Shown: piece after piece, positions 36,971 to 49,500 of the stretch
How positions within the stretch are numbered: the first letter of the stretch is position 1
How the letters are laid out: each line of letters opens with the position of its first letter
Origin: Eledone cirrhosa
Lineage: Eukaryota
Assembly (NCBI GenBank): GCA_964016885.1
Contig: OZ024743.1
Coordinates: 141,732,001-141,796,000, forward strand
Direction: 5' to 3'
DNA: 64,000 nt
The notes under the pieces: model-generated
Seen by the model: the letters and a program-made list of their open reading frames with translations, nothing else
Database searches by the model: none
What the model was told of the DNA's origin: nothing
Program-made: the position numbers and the translations under genes

Positions 36971-39900
36971 ATTAGTGTTTGGTGATTGGTGCTTGGGGTT
37001 TGGTGTTTGGGGCTTGGTGTTTGGTGCTTGGTGCTTGCTGTTTGGTGTTTGGTGTTTGGTTCTTGGTGCTTGGTGTTTGGTGTTTGGTGTTTGGTGCTTG
37101 GTGCTTGGTGCTTGGTGTTTGGTGCTTGGTGCTTGGTGCTTGGTGTTTGGTGCTGCGGGCTTGGTGTTTGGTGTTTGGTGCTTGGTGCCTGGTGCTTGTT
37201 GTTTGGTGTTTGGTGCTTAGTGCTTGGTGTTTGGTGTTTGGTGCTTGGTGCTTGGTGGCTGGTGTTTGGTGCTTAGTGTTTGGAGTTCGGTGCTTGGTGC
37301 TTGGTGCCTGGTGTTTCGTGCTTGGTGCTTGGTGCTTGGTGTTTGGTGTTTGGTGCTTGGTGTTTGGTGTTTGGTACTTGGTGCTTGGTGCTTGGTGCTT
37401 GGTGTTTGGTGCTTGGTGTTTGATGCTGCGTGCTTGGTGTTTGGTGTTTGGTGCTTGGTGCTTGGTGTTTGGTGTTTGGAGCTTGGTGCCTGGTGCTTGT
37501 TGTTTGGTGTTTGGCGCTTGGTGCTTGGTGTTTGGTGTTTGGTGCATGGTGCTTGGTGCTTGGTATCTGGTGTTTGGTGCTTGATGTTTGGTGTTTGGTG
37601 CTTGGTGTTTGGTGTTTGGTGCTTGGTGCTTGGTGTTTGGTGCTTGGTGTTTGGTGTTTGGTGTTTGATGCTTGGTGTTTGCTGCTTGGTGCTTGGTGCT
37701 TGGTGTTTTGTGTTTGGTGTTTGATGCTGCGTGCTTGGTGTTTGGTGTTTGGTGCGTGGTGCTTGGTGTTTGGTGTTTGGAGCTTGGTGCCTGGTGCTTG
37801 ATGTTTGGTGTTTGGTGCTTGGTGTTTGGTGTTTGGTGCTTGGTGCTTGGTGTTTGGTGCTTGGTGTTTGGTGTTTGGTGATTGATGCTTGGTGTTTGCT
37901 GCTTGCTGCTTGCTGCTTGGTGTTTGGTGCTAGGGGCTTGGTGCTTGGTGCTTGGTGTTTGGTGCTTGGTGCTTGGTGCCTGGTGCTTGGTGCTTGGTGC
38001 TTGTTGTTTGGTGCTTGGTGCTTGGTGATTAGTGTTTGGTGCTTGGTGCTTGCGGTTTGGTGTTTGGTGCTTGGGGTTTGGTGTTTGGTGCTTGGTGCTT
38101 GGTGTTTGGTGCTTGGTGCTTGGTGCTTGGTGTTTGGTGCTTGGTGTTTGGTGCTTGGTGCTTGGTGTTTGGTGTTTGGCGTTTGCTGTTTGCTGTTTGG
38201 TGTTTGGTGTTTGCTGTTTGGTGTTTGCTGTTTGGTGCTTGGTGCTTGGTGTTTGGTGTTCGGTGCTTGGTGCTTGGTGCTTTGTGTTTGGTGCTTGGTG
38301 CTTGGTGCTGGGTGTTTGGTGCTTGGTGCTTGGTGTTTGGTGCTTGGTGCTTGGTGCTTGGTGTTTGGTGCTTGGTGCATGGTGCTTGGTCTTTGGTGCT
38401 TGGTTTGTGGTGTTTGGTGCTTGGTGCTTGGTGTTTGGTGCTTGGTTCTTGGTGCTTGGTGCTTGGTGTTTGGTGCTTGGTGCTTGGTGATTAGTGTTTG
38501 GTGATTGGTGCTTGGGGTTTGCTGTTTGGTGCTTGGTGTTTGGTGCTTGGTGCTTGCTGTTTGGTGTTTGGTGTTTGGTTCTTGGTGCTTGGTGTTTGGT
38601 GTTTGGTGTTTGGTGCTTGGTGCTTGGTGCTTGGTGTTTGGTGCTTGTTGCTTGGTGCTTGGTGTTTGGTGCTGCGTGCTTGGTGTTTGGTGTTTGGTGC
38701 TTGGTGCCTGGTGCTTGTTGTTTGGTGCTTAGTGCTTGGTGTTTGGTGTTTGGTGCTTGGTGCTTGGTGGCTGGTGCTTGGTGCTTGGTGTTTGGAGTTT
38801 GGTGCTTGGTGCTCGGTGCCTGGTGTTTCGTGCTTGGTGCTTGGTGCATGGTGTTTGGTGTTTGGTGCTTGGTGTTTGGTGTTTGGTACTTGGTGCTTGG
38901 TGCTTGGTGTTTGGTGCTTGGTGTTTGATGCTGCGTGCTTGGTGTTTGGTGTTTGGTGCTTGGTGCTTGGTGTTTGGTGTTTGGAGCTTGGTGCCTGCTG
39001 CTTGTTGTTTGGTGTTTGGTGCTTGGTGCTTGGTGCTTGGTATCTGGTGTTTGGTGCTTGATGTTTGGTGTTTGGTGCTTGGTGCTTGGTGCTTGGTGTT
39101 TGGTGTTTGGTGCTTGGTGCTTGGTGTTTGGTGCTTGGTGTTTGGTGTTTGGTGTTTGATGCTTGGTGTTTGCTGCTTGGTGCTTGGTGCTTGGTGTTTT
39201 GTGTTTGGTGCTTGGTGCTTGTTGTTTGGTGCTTGGTGCTTGGTGATTAGTGTTTGGTGCTTGGTGCTTGCGGTTTGATGTTTGGTGCTTGGGGTTTGGT
39301 GTTTGGTGCTTGGTGCTTGGTGTTTGGTGCTTGGTGCTTGGTGCTTGGTGTTTGGTGCTTGGTGCTTGGTGTCTGGTGCTTGGTGCTTGGTGTTTGGTGC
39401 TTGGTGTTTGGTGTTTGGTGCTTGGTGATTGGTGCTTGGTGTTAGGTGTTTGGTGCTTGGTGCTTGGTGTTTGATGTTTGGTCCTTGGTGCTTGGTGTTT
39501 GGTGTTTGGTGCTTGCTGCTTGCTGCTTGGTGTTTGGTGCTTGGTGATTGGTGCTTGGTGTTTGTGCTTGGTGCTTGGTGTTTGGTGTTTGGTGCTAGGG
39601 GCTTGGTGCTTGGTGCTTGGTGTTTGGTGCTTGGTGCTTGCTGTTTGGTGCTTGGTGTTTGGTGATTGGTGTTTGGGGCTTGGTGTTCGGTGCTTGGTGC
39701 TTGGTGCTTGGGGCTTGGTGTTTGGTGTTTGGTGCTTGGTGCTTGGTGTTTGATGTTGGGTCCTTGGTGCTTGGTGTTTGGTGTTTGGTGTTTGGTGTTT
39801 GGTGTTTGGTGCTTGGTGCTTGGTGTTTGGTGTTTGGTGCTTGGTGCTTGGGGCTTGGTGTTTGGTGCTTGGTGCTTGGTGTTTGGTGCTTCTGCTTGGG

Positions 39901-42900
39901 GCTTGGTAGTTGGTGCTTGGTGCTTGGTGCCTGGTGTTTGGTGTTTCGTGTTTGGTGCTTGGTGTATGGTGCTTGGTGCTTGGTGCTGGGTGGTTGGTGT
40001 TCGGTGCTTGGTGCTTGGTGATTAGTGTTTGGTGCTTGGTGCTTGCGGTTTGGTGTTTGGTGCTTGGGGTTTGGTGTTTGGTGCTTGGTGCTTGGTGCTT
40101 GGTCTTTGGTGCTTGGTGTTTGGTGTTTGGTGCTTGGTGCTTGGTGTTTGGCGCTTGGTGCTTGGTGCTTGGTGTTTGGTGCTTGGTGCTTGGTGCTTGG
40201 TGATTAGTGTTTGGTGCTTGGTGCTTGGTGCCTGGTGCTTGGTGCTTGGTGCTTGTTGTTTGGTGCTTGGTGCTTGGTGATTAGTGTTTGGTGCTTGGTG
40301 CTTGGGGTTTGGTGTTTGGTGCTTGGGGTTTGGTGTTTGGTGCTTGGTGCATGGTGTTTGGTGCTTGGTGCTTGGTGTTTGGTGCTTGGTGCTTTGTGTT
40401 TGGTGCTTGGTGTTTGGTGCTTGGTGCTTGGTGCTTGGTGCTTGGTGTTAGGTGTTTGGTGCTTGGTGATTGGTGTTTGATGTTAGGTTCTTGGTGCTTG
40501 GTGTTTGGTGTTTGGTGCTTGGTGCTTGGTGTTTGGTGTTTGGTGCTTGCTGCTTGGTGCTTGGTGTTTTGTGTTTGGAGTTTGGTGCTTGGTGTTTGGT
40601 GCTTGGTGCTTGGTGATTGGTGTTTGGTGCCTGGTGCTTGGTGTTTGGTGCTTGGTGTTTGGTGTTTGGTGTTTGGTGCCTGGTGCTTGGTGATTGTTGC
40701 TTGGTGTTTGGTGCTTGGTGCATGGTGCTTGGTGCTTGGTGTTAGGCATTTGGTGCTTGGTGCTTGGTGTTTGGTGTTTGGTCCTTGGTGCTTGGTGTTT
40801 GGTATTTGGTGCTTGGTGCTTGGTGTTTGGTGTTTGGTGCTTGCTGCTTGCTGCTTGGTGTTTGGTGCTAGGGGCTTGGTGCTTGGTGTTTGATGTTTGG
40901 TCCTTGGTGCTTGGTGTTTGGTATTTGGTGCTTGGTGCTTGGTGTTTGGTGTTTGGTGCTTGCTGCTTGCTGCTTGGTGTTTGGTGCTAGGGGCTTGGTG
41001 TTTGGTGCTTGGTGTTTGGTGCTTGGTGTTTGGTGCTTGGTGCCTGGTGCTTGGTGTTTGGTGTTTGGTGCTTGGTGTTTGGTGCTTGGTGTTTGGTACT
41101 TGGTGTTCGGTGCTTGGTGCTTGGTGCTTGGTGTTTGGTGTTTGGTGCTTGGTGCTTGGTGCTTGGTGTTTGATGTTTGGTCCTTGGTGCTTGGTGTTTG
41201 GTGTTGTGTGCTTGGTGCTTGGTGCTTGGTGTTTGGTGCTTGGTGCTTGGTGCTTGGTGTTTGGCGTTTGCTGTTTGCTGTTTGGTGTTTGGTGTTTGCT
41301 GTTTGGTGTTTGCTGTTTGGTGTTTGGTGTTTGGTGCTTGCTGTTTGGTGCTTGGTGCTTGGTGTTTGGTGTTTGGTGCTTGGTGTTTGGTGCTTGGTGC
41401 TTGGTGCTGGGTGTTTGGTGCTTGGTGCTTGGTGTTTGGTGTTTGGTGCTTGGTGCTTGGTGCTTGGTGTTTGGTCCTTGGTGCTTGGTGCTTGGTGTTT
41501 GGTGCTTGGGTTTTGGTGTTTGGTGCTTGGTGCTTGGTGTTTGGTGCTTGGTGCTTGGTGCTTGGTGCTTGGTGTTTGGTGCTTGCTGCTTGGTGCTTGG
41601 TGTTTGGTGCTTGGTGCTTGGTGATTAGTGTTTGGTGATTGGTGCTTGGGGTTTGGTGTTTGGGGCTTGGTGTTTGGTGCTTGGTGCTTGCTGTTTGGTG
41701 TTTGGTGTTTGGTTCTTGGTGCTTGGTGTTTGGTGTTTGGTGTTTGGTGCTTGGTGCTTGGTGCTTGGTGTTTGGTGCTTGGTGCTTGGTGCTTGGTGTT
41801 TGGTGCTGCGGGCTTGGTGTTTGGTGTTTGGTGCTTGGTGCCTGGTGCTTGTTGTTTGGTGTTTGGTGCTTAGTGCTTGGTGTTTGGTGTTTGGTGCTTG
41901 GTGCTTGGTGGCTGGTGTTTGGTGCTTAGTGTTTGGAGTTCGGTGCTTGGTGCTTGGTGCCTGGTGTTTCGTGCTTGGTGCTTGGTGCTTGGTGTTTGGT
42001 GTTTGGTGCTTGGTGTTTGGTGTTTGGTACTTGGTGCTTGGTGCTTGGTGCTTGGTGTTTGGTGCTTGGTGTTTGATGCTGCGTGCTTGGTGTTTGGTGT
42101 TTGGTGCTTGGTGCTTGGTGTTTGGTGTTTGGAGCTTGGTGCCTGGTGCTTGTTGTTTGGTGTTTGGCGCTTGGTGCTTGGTGTTTGGTGTTTGGTGCAT
42201 GGTGCTTGGTGCTTGGTATCTGGTGTTTGGTGCTTGATGTTTGGTGTTTGGTGCTTGGTGTTTGGTGTTTGGTGCTTGGTGCTTGGTGTTTGGTGCTTGG
42301 TGTTTGGTGTTTGGTGTTTGATGCTTGGTGTTTGCTGCTTGGTGCTTGGTGCTTGGTGTTTTGTGTTTGGTGTTTGATGCTGCGTGCTTGGTGTTTGGTG
42401 TTTGGTGCGTGGTGCTTGGTGTTTGGTGTTTGGAGCTTGGTGCCTGGTGCTTGATGTTTGGTGTTTGGTGCTTGGTGTTTGGTGTTTGGTGCTTGGTGCT
42501 TGGTGTTTGGTGCTTGGTGTTTGGTGTTTGGTGATTGATGCTTGGTGTTTGCTGCTTGCTGCTTGCTGCTTGGTGTTTGGTGCTAGGGGCTTGGTGCTTG
42601 GTGCTTGGTGTTTGGTGCTTGGTGCTTGGTGCCTGGTGCTTGGTGCTTGGTGCTTGTTGTTTGGTGCTTGGTGCTTGGTGATTAGTGTTTGGTGCTTGGT
42701 GCTTGCGGTTTGGTGTTTGGTGCTTGGGGTTTGGTGTTTGGTGCTTGGTGCTTGGTGTTTGGTGCTTGGTGCTTGGTGCTTGGTGTTTGGTGCTTGGTGT
42801 TTGGTGCTTGGTGCTTGGTGTTTGGTGTTTGGCGTTTGCTGTTTGCTGTTTGGTGTTTGGTGTTTGCTGTTTGGTGTTTGCTGTTTGGTGCTTGGTGCTT

Positions 42901-44660
42901 GGTGTTTGGTGTTCGGTGCTTGGTGCTTGGTGCTTTGTGTTTGGTGCTTGGTGCTTGGTGCTGGGTGTTTGGTGCTTGGTGCTTGGTGTTTGGTGCTTGG
43001 TGCTTGGTGCTTGGTGTTTGGTGCTTGGTGCATGGTGCTTGGTCTTTGGTGCTTGGTTTGTGGTGTTTGGTGCTTGGTGCTTGGTGTTTGGTGCTTGGTT
43101 CTTGGTGCTTGGTGCTTGGTGTTTGGTGATTGCTGCTTGGTGCTTGGTGTTTGGTGCTTGGTGCTTGGTGATTAGTGTTTGGTGATTGGTGCTTGGGGTT
43201 TGCTGTTTGGTGCTTGGTGTTTGGTGCTTGGTGCTTGCTGTTTGGTGTTTGGTGTTTGGTTCTTGGTGCTTGGTGTTTGGTGTTTGGTGTTTGGTGCTTG
43301 GTGCTTGGTGCTTGGTGTTTGGTGCTGCGTGCTTGGTGTTTGGTGTTTGGTGCTTGGTGCCTGGTGCTTGTTGTTTGGTGCTTAGTGCTTGGTGTTTGGT
43401 GTTTGGTGCTTGGTGCTTGGTGGCTGGTGCTTGGTGCTTGGTGTTTGGAGTTTGGTGCTTGGTGCTCGGTGCCTGGTGTTTCGTGCTTGGTGCTTGGTGC
43501 ATGGTGTTTGGTGTTTGGTGCTTGGTGTTTGGTGTTTGGTACTTGGTGCTTGGTGCTTGGTGTTTGGTGCTTGGTGTTTGATGCTGCGTGCTTGGTGTTT
43601 GGTGTTTGGTGCTTGGTGCTTGGTGTTTGGTGTTTGGAGCTTGGTGCCTGCTGCTTGTTGTTTGGTGTTTGGTGCTTGGTGCTTGGTGCTTGGTATCTGG
43701 TGTTTGGTGCTTGATGTTTGGTGTTTGGTGCTTGGTGCTTGGTGCTTGGTGTTTGGTGTTTGGTGCTTGGTGCTTGGTGTTTGGTGCTTGGTGTTTGGTG
43801 TTTGGTGTTTGATGCTTGGTGTTTGCTGCTTGGTGCTTGGTGCTTGGTGTTTTGTGTTTGGTGCTTGGTGCTTGTTGTTTGGTGCTTGGTGCTTGGTGAT
43901 TAGTGTTTGGTGCTTGGTGCTTGCGGTTTGATGTTTGGTGCTTGGGGTTTGGTGTTTGGTGCTTGGTGCTTGGTGTTTGGTGCTTGGTGCTTGGTGCTTG
44001 GTGTTTGGTGCTTGGTGCTTGGTGTCTGGTGCTTGGTGCTTGGTGTTTGGTGCTTGGTGTTTGGTGTTTGGTGCTTGGTGATTGGTGCTTGGTGTTAGGT
44101 GTTTGGTGCTTGGTGCTTGGTGTTTGATGTTTGGTCCTTGGTGCTTGGTGTTTGGTGTTTGGTGCTTGCTGCTTGCTGCTTGGTGTTTGGTGCTTGGTGA
44201 TTGGTGCTTGGTGTTTGTGCTTGGTGCTTGGTGTTTGGTGTTTGGTGCTAGGGGCTTGGTGCTTGGTGCTTGGTGTTTGGTGCTTGGTGCTTGCTGTTTG
44301 GTGCTTGGTGTTTGGTGATTGGTGTTTGGGGTTTGGTGTTCGGTGCTTGGTGCTTGGTGCTTGGGGCTTGGTGTTTGGTGTTTGGTGCTTGGTGCTTGGT
44401 GTTTGATGTTGGGTCCTTGGTGCTTGGTGTTTGGTGTTTGGTGTTTGGTGTTTGGTGTTTGGTGCTTGGTGCTTGGTGTTTGGTGTTTGGTGCTTGGTGC
44501 TTGGGGCTTGGTGTTTGGTGCTTGGTGCTTGGTGTTTGGTGCTTCTGCTTGGGGCTTGGTAGTTGGTGCTTGGTGCTTGGTGCCTGGTGTTTCGTGTTTC
44601 GTGTTTGGTGCTTGGTGTATGGTGCTTGGTGCTTGGTGCTGGGTGGTTGGTGTTTGGTGC
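35340..44660 (+). repeat. Tandem duplication of a ~4.65-4.67 kb higher-order unit (about 35.3-40.0 kb and 40.0-44.7 kb)
   Basis: Offsets are 4674 (35351/40025, 35614/40288, 36216/40890) and 4653 (36975/41628, 37217/41870, 39250/43903). Both equal 7n-2, explained by the hexamers at 39562 and 39890. Confidence 0.92.
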
Positions 44661-46340
44661 TTGGTGCTTGGTGTTTGGTGCTTGGTGCTTGGTGCTTGTT
44701 GTTTGGTGCTTGGTGCTTGGTGCTTGGTCTTTGGTGCATGGTGTTTGGTGTTTGGCGCTTGGTGCTTGGTGCTTCGTGATTGGTGCTTGGTGCTTGGTGT
44801 TTGGTGCTTGGTGCTTGGTGATTAGTGTTTGTTGCTTGGTGCTTGGGGTTTGGTGGTTGGTGCTTGGTGCTTGGTGTTTGGTGTTTGGTGTTTGGTGTTT
44901 GGTGTTTGTGGAATGGTGTTTGGTGTTTCGTATTTGGTTTTTGCTGTTTGGTGTTTGGTGTTTGCTGTTTGGTGTTTGGTGTTTGGTGTTTGGTGCTTGG
45001 TGCTTGGTGCTTGGTGTTTGGCGTTTGGTGCTTGGTGCTTGGTGTTTGGTGCTTCGTGCTTGGTGTTTGGTGTTTGGTGCTTGGTGCCTGGTGCTTGTTG
45101 TATGGTGTTTGGTGCTTGGTGCTTGGTGTTTGGTGTTTGCTGCTTGGTGTCTGGTGTTTGGTGCTTGGTGTTTGGTGTTTGGTGCTTGGTGCTTGGTGCT
45201 TGGTGTTTGGTGTTTGGTGCTTGGTGCTTGGTGTTTGGTGTTTGGTGCTGGGTGCATGGAGTTTGGTGCTTGGTGCTTAGTGCTTGGTGTTTGGTGTTTG
45301 GTGCTTGGTATTTGGTGTTTGGTGTTTGATGCTTGGTGTGTGGTGCTTGGTGCTTGGTGTTTTGTGTTTGGTGCTTGGTGCTTGGTGACTGGTGCTTGGT
45401 GCTTGGTGCTTGTTGTTTGGTGCTTGGTTCTTGGTGATTAGTGTTTGGTGCTTGGTGCTTGGTGTTTGGTGCTTGGTGTTTGGTGCTTGGTGCCTGGTGC
45501 TTGGTGTTTGGTGTTTGATGCTTGGTGTTTGGTGTTTGGTGTTTGGTACTTGGTGTTCGGTGCTTGGTGCTTGGTGCTTGGTGCTTGGTGTTTGGTGTTT
45601 GGTGCTTGGTGCTTGGTGTTTGATGTTTGGTCCTTGGTGCTTGGTGTTTGGTGTTGTGTGCTTGGTGCTTGGTGGTTGGTGTTTGGTGCTTGGTGCTTGG
45701 TGCTTGGTGTTTGGTGCTTGGTGTTTGATGCTGCGTGCTTGGTGTTTAGTGTTTGGTGCTTGGTGCTTGGTGTTTGGTGTTTGGAGCTTGGTGCCTGGTG
45801 CTTGTTGTTTGGTGTTTGGTGCTTGGTGCTTGGTGTTTGGTGTTTGGTGCTTGGTGTTTGGCGCTTGGTGCTTGGTGTTTGGTGTTTGGTGCTTGGGGTT
45901 TGGTGTTTGGTGCTTGGGGTTTGGTGTTTGGTGCTTGGTGCATGGTGTTTGGTGCTTGGTGCTTGGTGTTTGGTGCTTGGTGCTTTGTGTTTGGTGCTTG
46001 GTGTTTGGTGCTTGGTGCTTGGTGCTTGGTGCTTGGTGTTAGGTGTTTGGTGCTTGGTGATTGGTGTTTGATGTTAGGTTCTTGGTGCTTGGTGTTTGGT
46101 GTTTGGTGCTTGGTGCTTGGTGTTTGGTGTTTGGTGCTTGCTGCTTGGTGCTTGGTGTTTTGTGTTTGGAGTTTGGTGCTTGGTGTTTGGTGCTTGGTGC
46201 TTGGTGTTTGGTGTTTGGTGCCTGGTGCTTGGTGTTTGGTGCTTGGTGTTTGGTGTTTGGTGATTGGTGCTTGGTGTTTGGTGCTTGGTGCATGGTGCTT
46301 GGTGCTTGGTGTTAGGCGTTTGGTGCTTGGTGCTTGGTGT

Positions 46341-46575
46341 TTGATGTTTGGTCCTTGGTGCTTGGTGTTTGGTATTTGGTGCTTGGTGCTTGGTGTTTGG
46401 TGTTTGGTGCTTGCTGCTTGCTGCTTGGTGTTTGGTGCTAGGGGCTTGGTGCTTGGTGTTTGATGTTTGGTCCTTGGTGCTTGGTGTTTGGTATTTGGTG
46501 CTTGGTGCTTGGTGTTTGGTGTTTGGTGCTTGCTGCTTGCTGCTTGGTGTTTGGTGCTAGGGGCTTGGTGTTTGG
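46341..46575 (+). repeat. Internal 119-bp (17-monomer) tandem dimer nested within the right-hand HOR units (representative copy)
   Basis: TTGATGT-TTGGTCC...TTGGTAT...TTGCTGC-TTGCTGC...TAGGGGC starts at 46341 and again at 46460. The same dimer occurs near 33.6, 36.1, 40.8, 49.6, 54.9, 58.1, 60.0 and 63.3 kb. Confidence 0.88.
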
Positions 46576-49500
46576 TGCTTGGTGTTTGGTGCTTGGTGTT
46601 TGGTGCTTGGTGCCTGGTGATTGGTGTTTGGTGTTTGGTGCTTGGTGTTTGGTGCTTGGTGTTTGGTACTTGGTGTTCGGTGCTTGGTGCTTGGTGCTTG
46701 GTGTTTGGTGTTTGGTGCTTGGTGCTTGGTGCTTGGTGTTTGATGTTTGGTCCTTGGTGCTTGGTGTTTGGTGTTGTGTGCTTGGTGCTTGGTGCTTGGT
46801 GTTTGGTGCTTGGTGTTTGATGCTGCGTGCTTGGTGTTTGGTGTTTGGTGCTTGGTGCTTGGTGTTTGGTGTTTGGAGCTTGGTGCCTGCTGCTTGTTGT
46901 TTGGTGTTTGGTGCTTGGTGCTTGGTGCTTGGTATCTGGTGTTTGGTGCTTGATGTTTGGTGTTTGGTGCTTGGTGCTTGGTGCTTGGTGTTTGGTGTTT
47001 GGTGCTTGGTGCTTGGTGTTTGGTGCTTGGTGTTTGGTGTTTGGTGTTTGATGCTTGGTGTTTGCTGCTTGGTGCTTGGTGCTTGGTGTTTTGTGTTTGG
47101 TGCTTGGTGCTTGTTGTTTGGTGCTTGGTGCTTGGTGATTAGTGTTTGGTGCTTGGTGCTTGCGGTTTGATGTTTGGTGCTTGGGGTTTGGTGTTTGGTG
47201 CTTGGTGCTTGGTGTTTGGTGCTTGGTGCTTGGTGCTTGGTGTTTGGTGCTTGGTGCTTGGTGTCTGGTGCTTGGTGCTTGGTGTTTGGTGCTTGGTGTT
47301 TGGTGTTTGGTGCTTGGTGCTTGGTGCTTGGTGTTAGGTGTTTGGTGCTTGGTGCTTGGTGTTTGATGTTTGGTCCTTGGTGCTTGGTGTTTGGTGTTTG
47401 GTGCTTGCTGCTTGCTGCTTGGTGTTTGGTGCTTGGTGATTGGTGCTTGGTGTTTGTGCTTGGTGCTTGGTGTTTGGTGTTTGGTGCTAGGGGCTTGGTG
47501 CTTGGTGCTTGGTGTTTGGTGCTTGGTGCTTGCTGTTTGGTGCTTGGTGTTTGGTGATTGGTGTTTGGGGCTTGGTGTTCGGTGCTTGGTGCTTGGTGCT
47601 TGGGGCTTGGTGTTTGGTGTTTGGTGCTTGGTGCTTGGTGTTTGATGTTGGGTCCTTGGTGCTTGGTGTTTGGTGTTTGGTGTTTGGTGTTTGGTGTTTG
47701 GTGCTTGGTGCTTGGTGTTTGGTGTTTGGTGCTTGGTGCTTGGGGCTTGGTGTTTGGTGCTTGGTGCTTGGTGTTTGGTGCTTCTGCTTGGGGCTTGGTA
47801 GTTGGTGCTTGGTGCTTGGTGCCTGGTGTTTGGTGTTTCGTGTTTGGTGCTTGGTGTATGGTGCTTGGTGCTTGGTGCTGGGTGGTTGGTGTTTGGTGCT
47901 TGGTGCTTGGTGTTTGGTGCTTGGTGCTTGGTGCTTGTTGTTTGGTGCTTGGTGCTTGGTGCTTGGTCTTTGGTGCATGGTGTTTGGTGTTTGGCGCTTG
48001 GTGCTTGGTGCTTCGTGATTGGTGCTTGGTGCTTGGTGTTTGGTGCTTGGTGCTTGGTGATTAGTGTTTGTTGCTTGGTGCTTGGGGTTTGGTGGTTGGT
48101 GCTTGGTGCTTGGTGTTTGGTGTTTGGTGTTTGGTGTTTGGTGTTTGTGGAATGGTGTTTGGTGTTTCGTATTTGGTTTTTGCTGTTTGGTGTTTGGTGT
48201 TTGCTGTTTGGTGTTTGGTGTTTGGTGTTTGGTGCTTGGTGCTTGGTGCTTGGTGTTTGGCGTTTGGTGCTTGGTGCTTGGTGTTTGGTGCTTCGTGCTT
48301 GATGTTTGGTGTTTGGTGCTTGGTGCCTGGTGCTTGTTGTATGGTGTTTGGTGCTTGGTGCTTGGTGTTTGGTGTTTGCTGCTTGGTGTCTGGTGTTTGG
48401 TGCTTGGTGTTTGGTGTTTGGTGCTTGGTGCTTGGTGCTTGGTGTTTGGTGTTTGGTGCTTGGTGCTTGGTGTTTGGTGTTTGGTGCTGGGTGCATGGAG
48501 TTTGGTGCTTGGTGCTTAGTGCTTGGTGTTTGGTGTTTGGTGCTTGGTATTTGGTGTTTGGTGTTTGATGCTTGGTGTGTGGTGCTTGGTGCTTGGTGTT
48601 TTGTGTTTGGTGCTTGGTGCTTGGTGACTGGTGCTTGGTGCTTGGTGCTTGTTGTTTGGTGCTTGGTTCTTGGTGATTAGTGTTTGGTGCTTGGTGCTTG
48701 GTGTTTGGTGCTTGGTGTTTGGTGCTTGGTGCCTGGTGCTTGGTGTTTGGTGTTTGATGCTTGGTGTTTGGTGTTTGGTGTTTGGTACTTGGTGTTCGGT
48801 GCTTGGTGCTTGGTGCTTGGTGCTTGGTGTTTGGTGTTTGGTGCTTGGTGCTTGGTGTTTGATGTTTGGTCCTTGGTGCTTGGTGTTTGGTGTTGTGTGC
48901 TTGGTGCTTGGTGGTTGGTGTTTGGTGCTTGGTGCTTGGTGCTTGGTGTTTGGTGCTTGGTGTTTGATGCTGCGTGCTTGGTGTTTGGTGTTTGGTGCTT
49001 GGTGATTGGTGTTTGGTGTTTGGAGCTTGGTGCCTGGTGCTTGTTGTTTGGTGTTTGGTGCTTGGTGCTTGGTGTTTGGTGTTTGGTGCTTGGTGTTTGG
49101 CGCTTGGTGCTTGGTGTTTGGTGTTTGGTGCTTGGGGTTTGGTGTTTGGTGCTTGGGGTTTGGTGTTTGGTGCTTGGTGCATGGTGTTTGGTGCTTGGTG
49201 CTTGGTGTTTGGTGCTTGGTGCTTTGTGTTTGGTGCTTGGTGTTTGGTGCTTGGTGCTTGGTGCTTGGTGCTTGGTGTTAGGTGTTTGGTGCTTGGTGAT
49301 TGTTGTTTGATGTTAGGTTCTTGGTGCTTGGTGTTTGGTGTTTGGTGCTTGGTGCTTGGTGTTTGGTGTTTGGTGCTTGCTGCTTGGTGCTTGGTGTTTT
49401 GTGTTTGGAGTTTGGTGCTTGGTGTTTGGTGCTTGGTGCTTGGTGTTTGGTGTTTGGTGCCTGGTGCTTGGTGTTTGGTGCTTGGTGTTTGGTGTTTGGT

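Noticed and set aside
44905-44920. GGAAT motif resembling human satellite II/III
   Set aside because: It occurs once per HOR, arising from two adjacent variant monomers, with no tandem GGAAT.
41625-45257. 1,210-aa minus-strand ORF (also 916, 867 and 625 aa ORFs) of TKHQ(A/T)P(S/N) heptads, superficially mucin-like or Pol II CTD-like
   Set aside because: The 7-bp repeat has no stop codon and gives the same peptide in all three frames. Starts and stops are chance variants (CAT, TTA/CTA on the plus strand). There are no unique domains or codon-position bias, and indels are multiples of 7 rather than 3.
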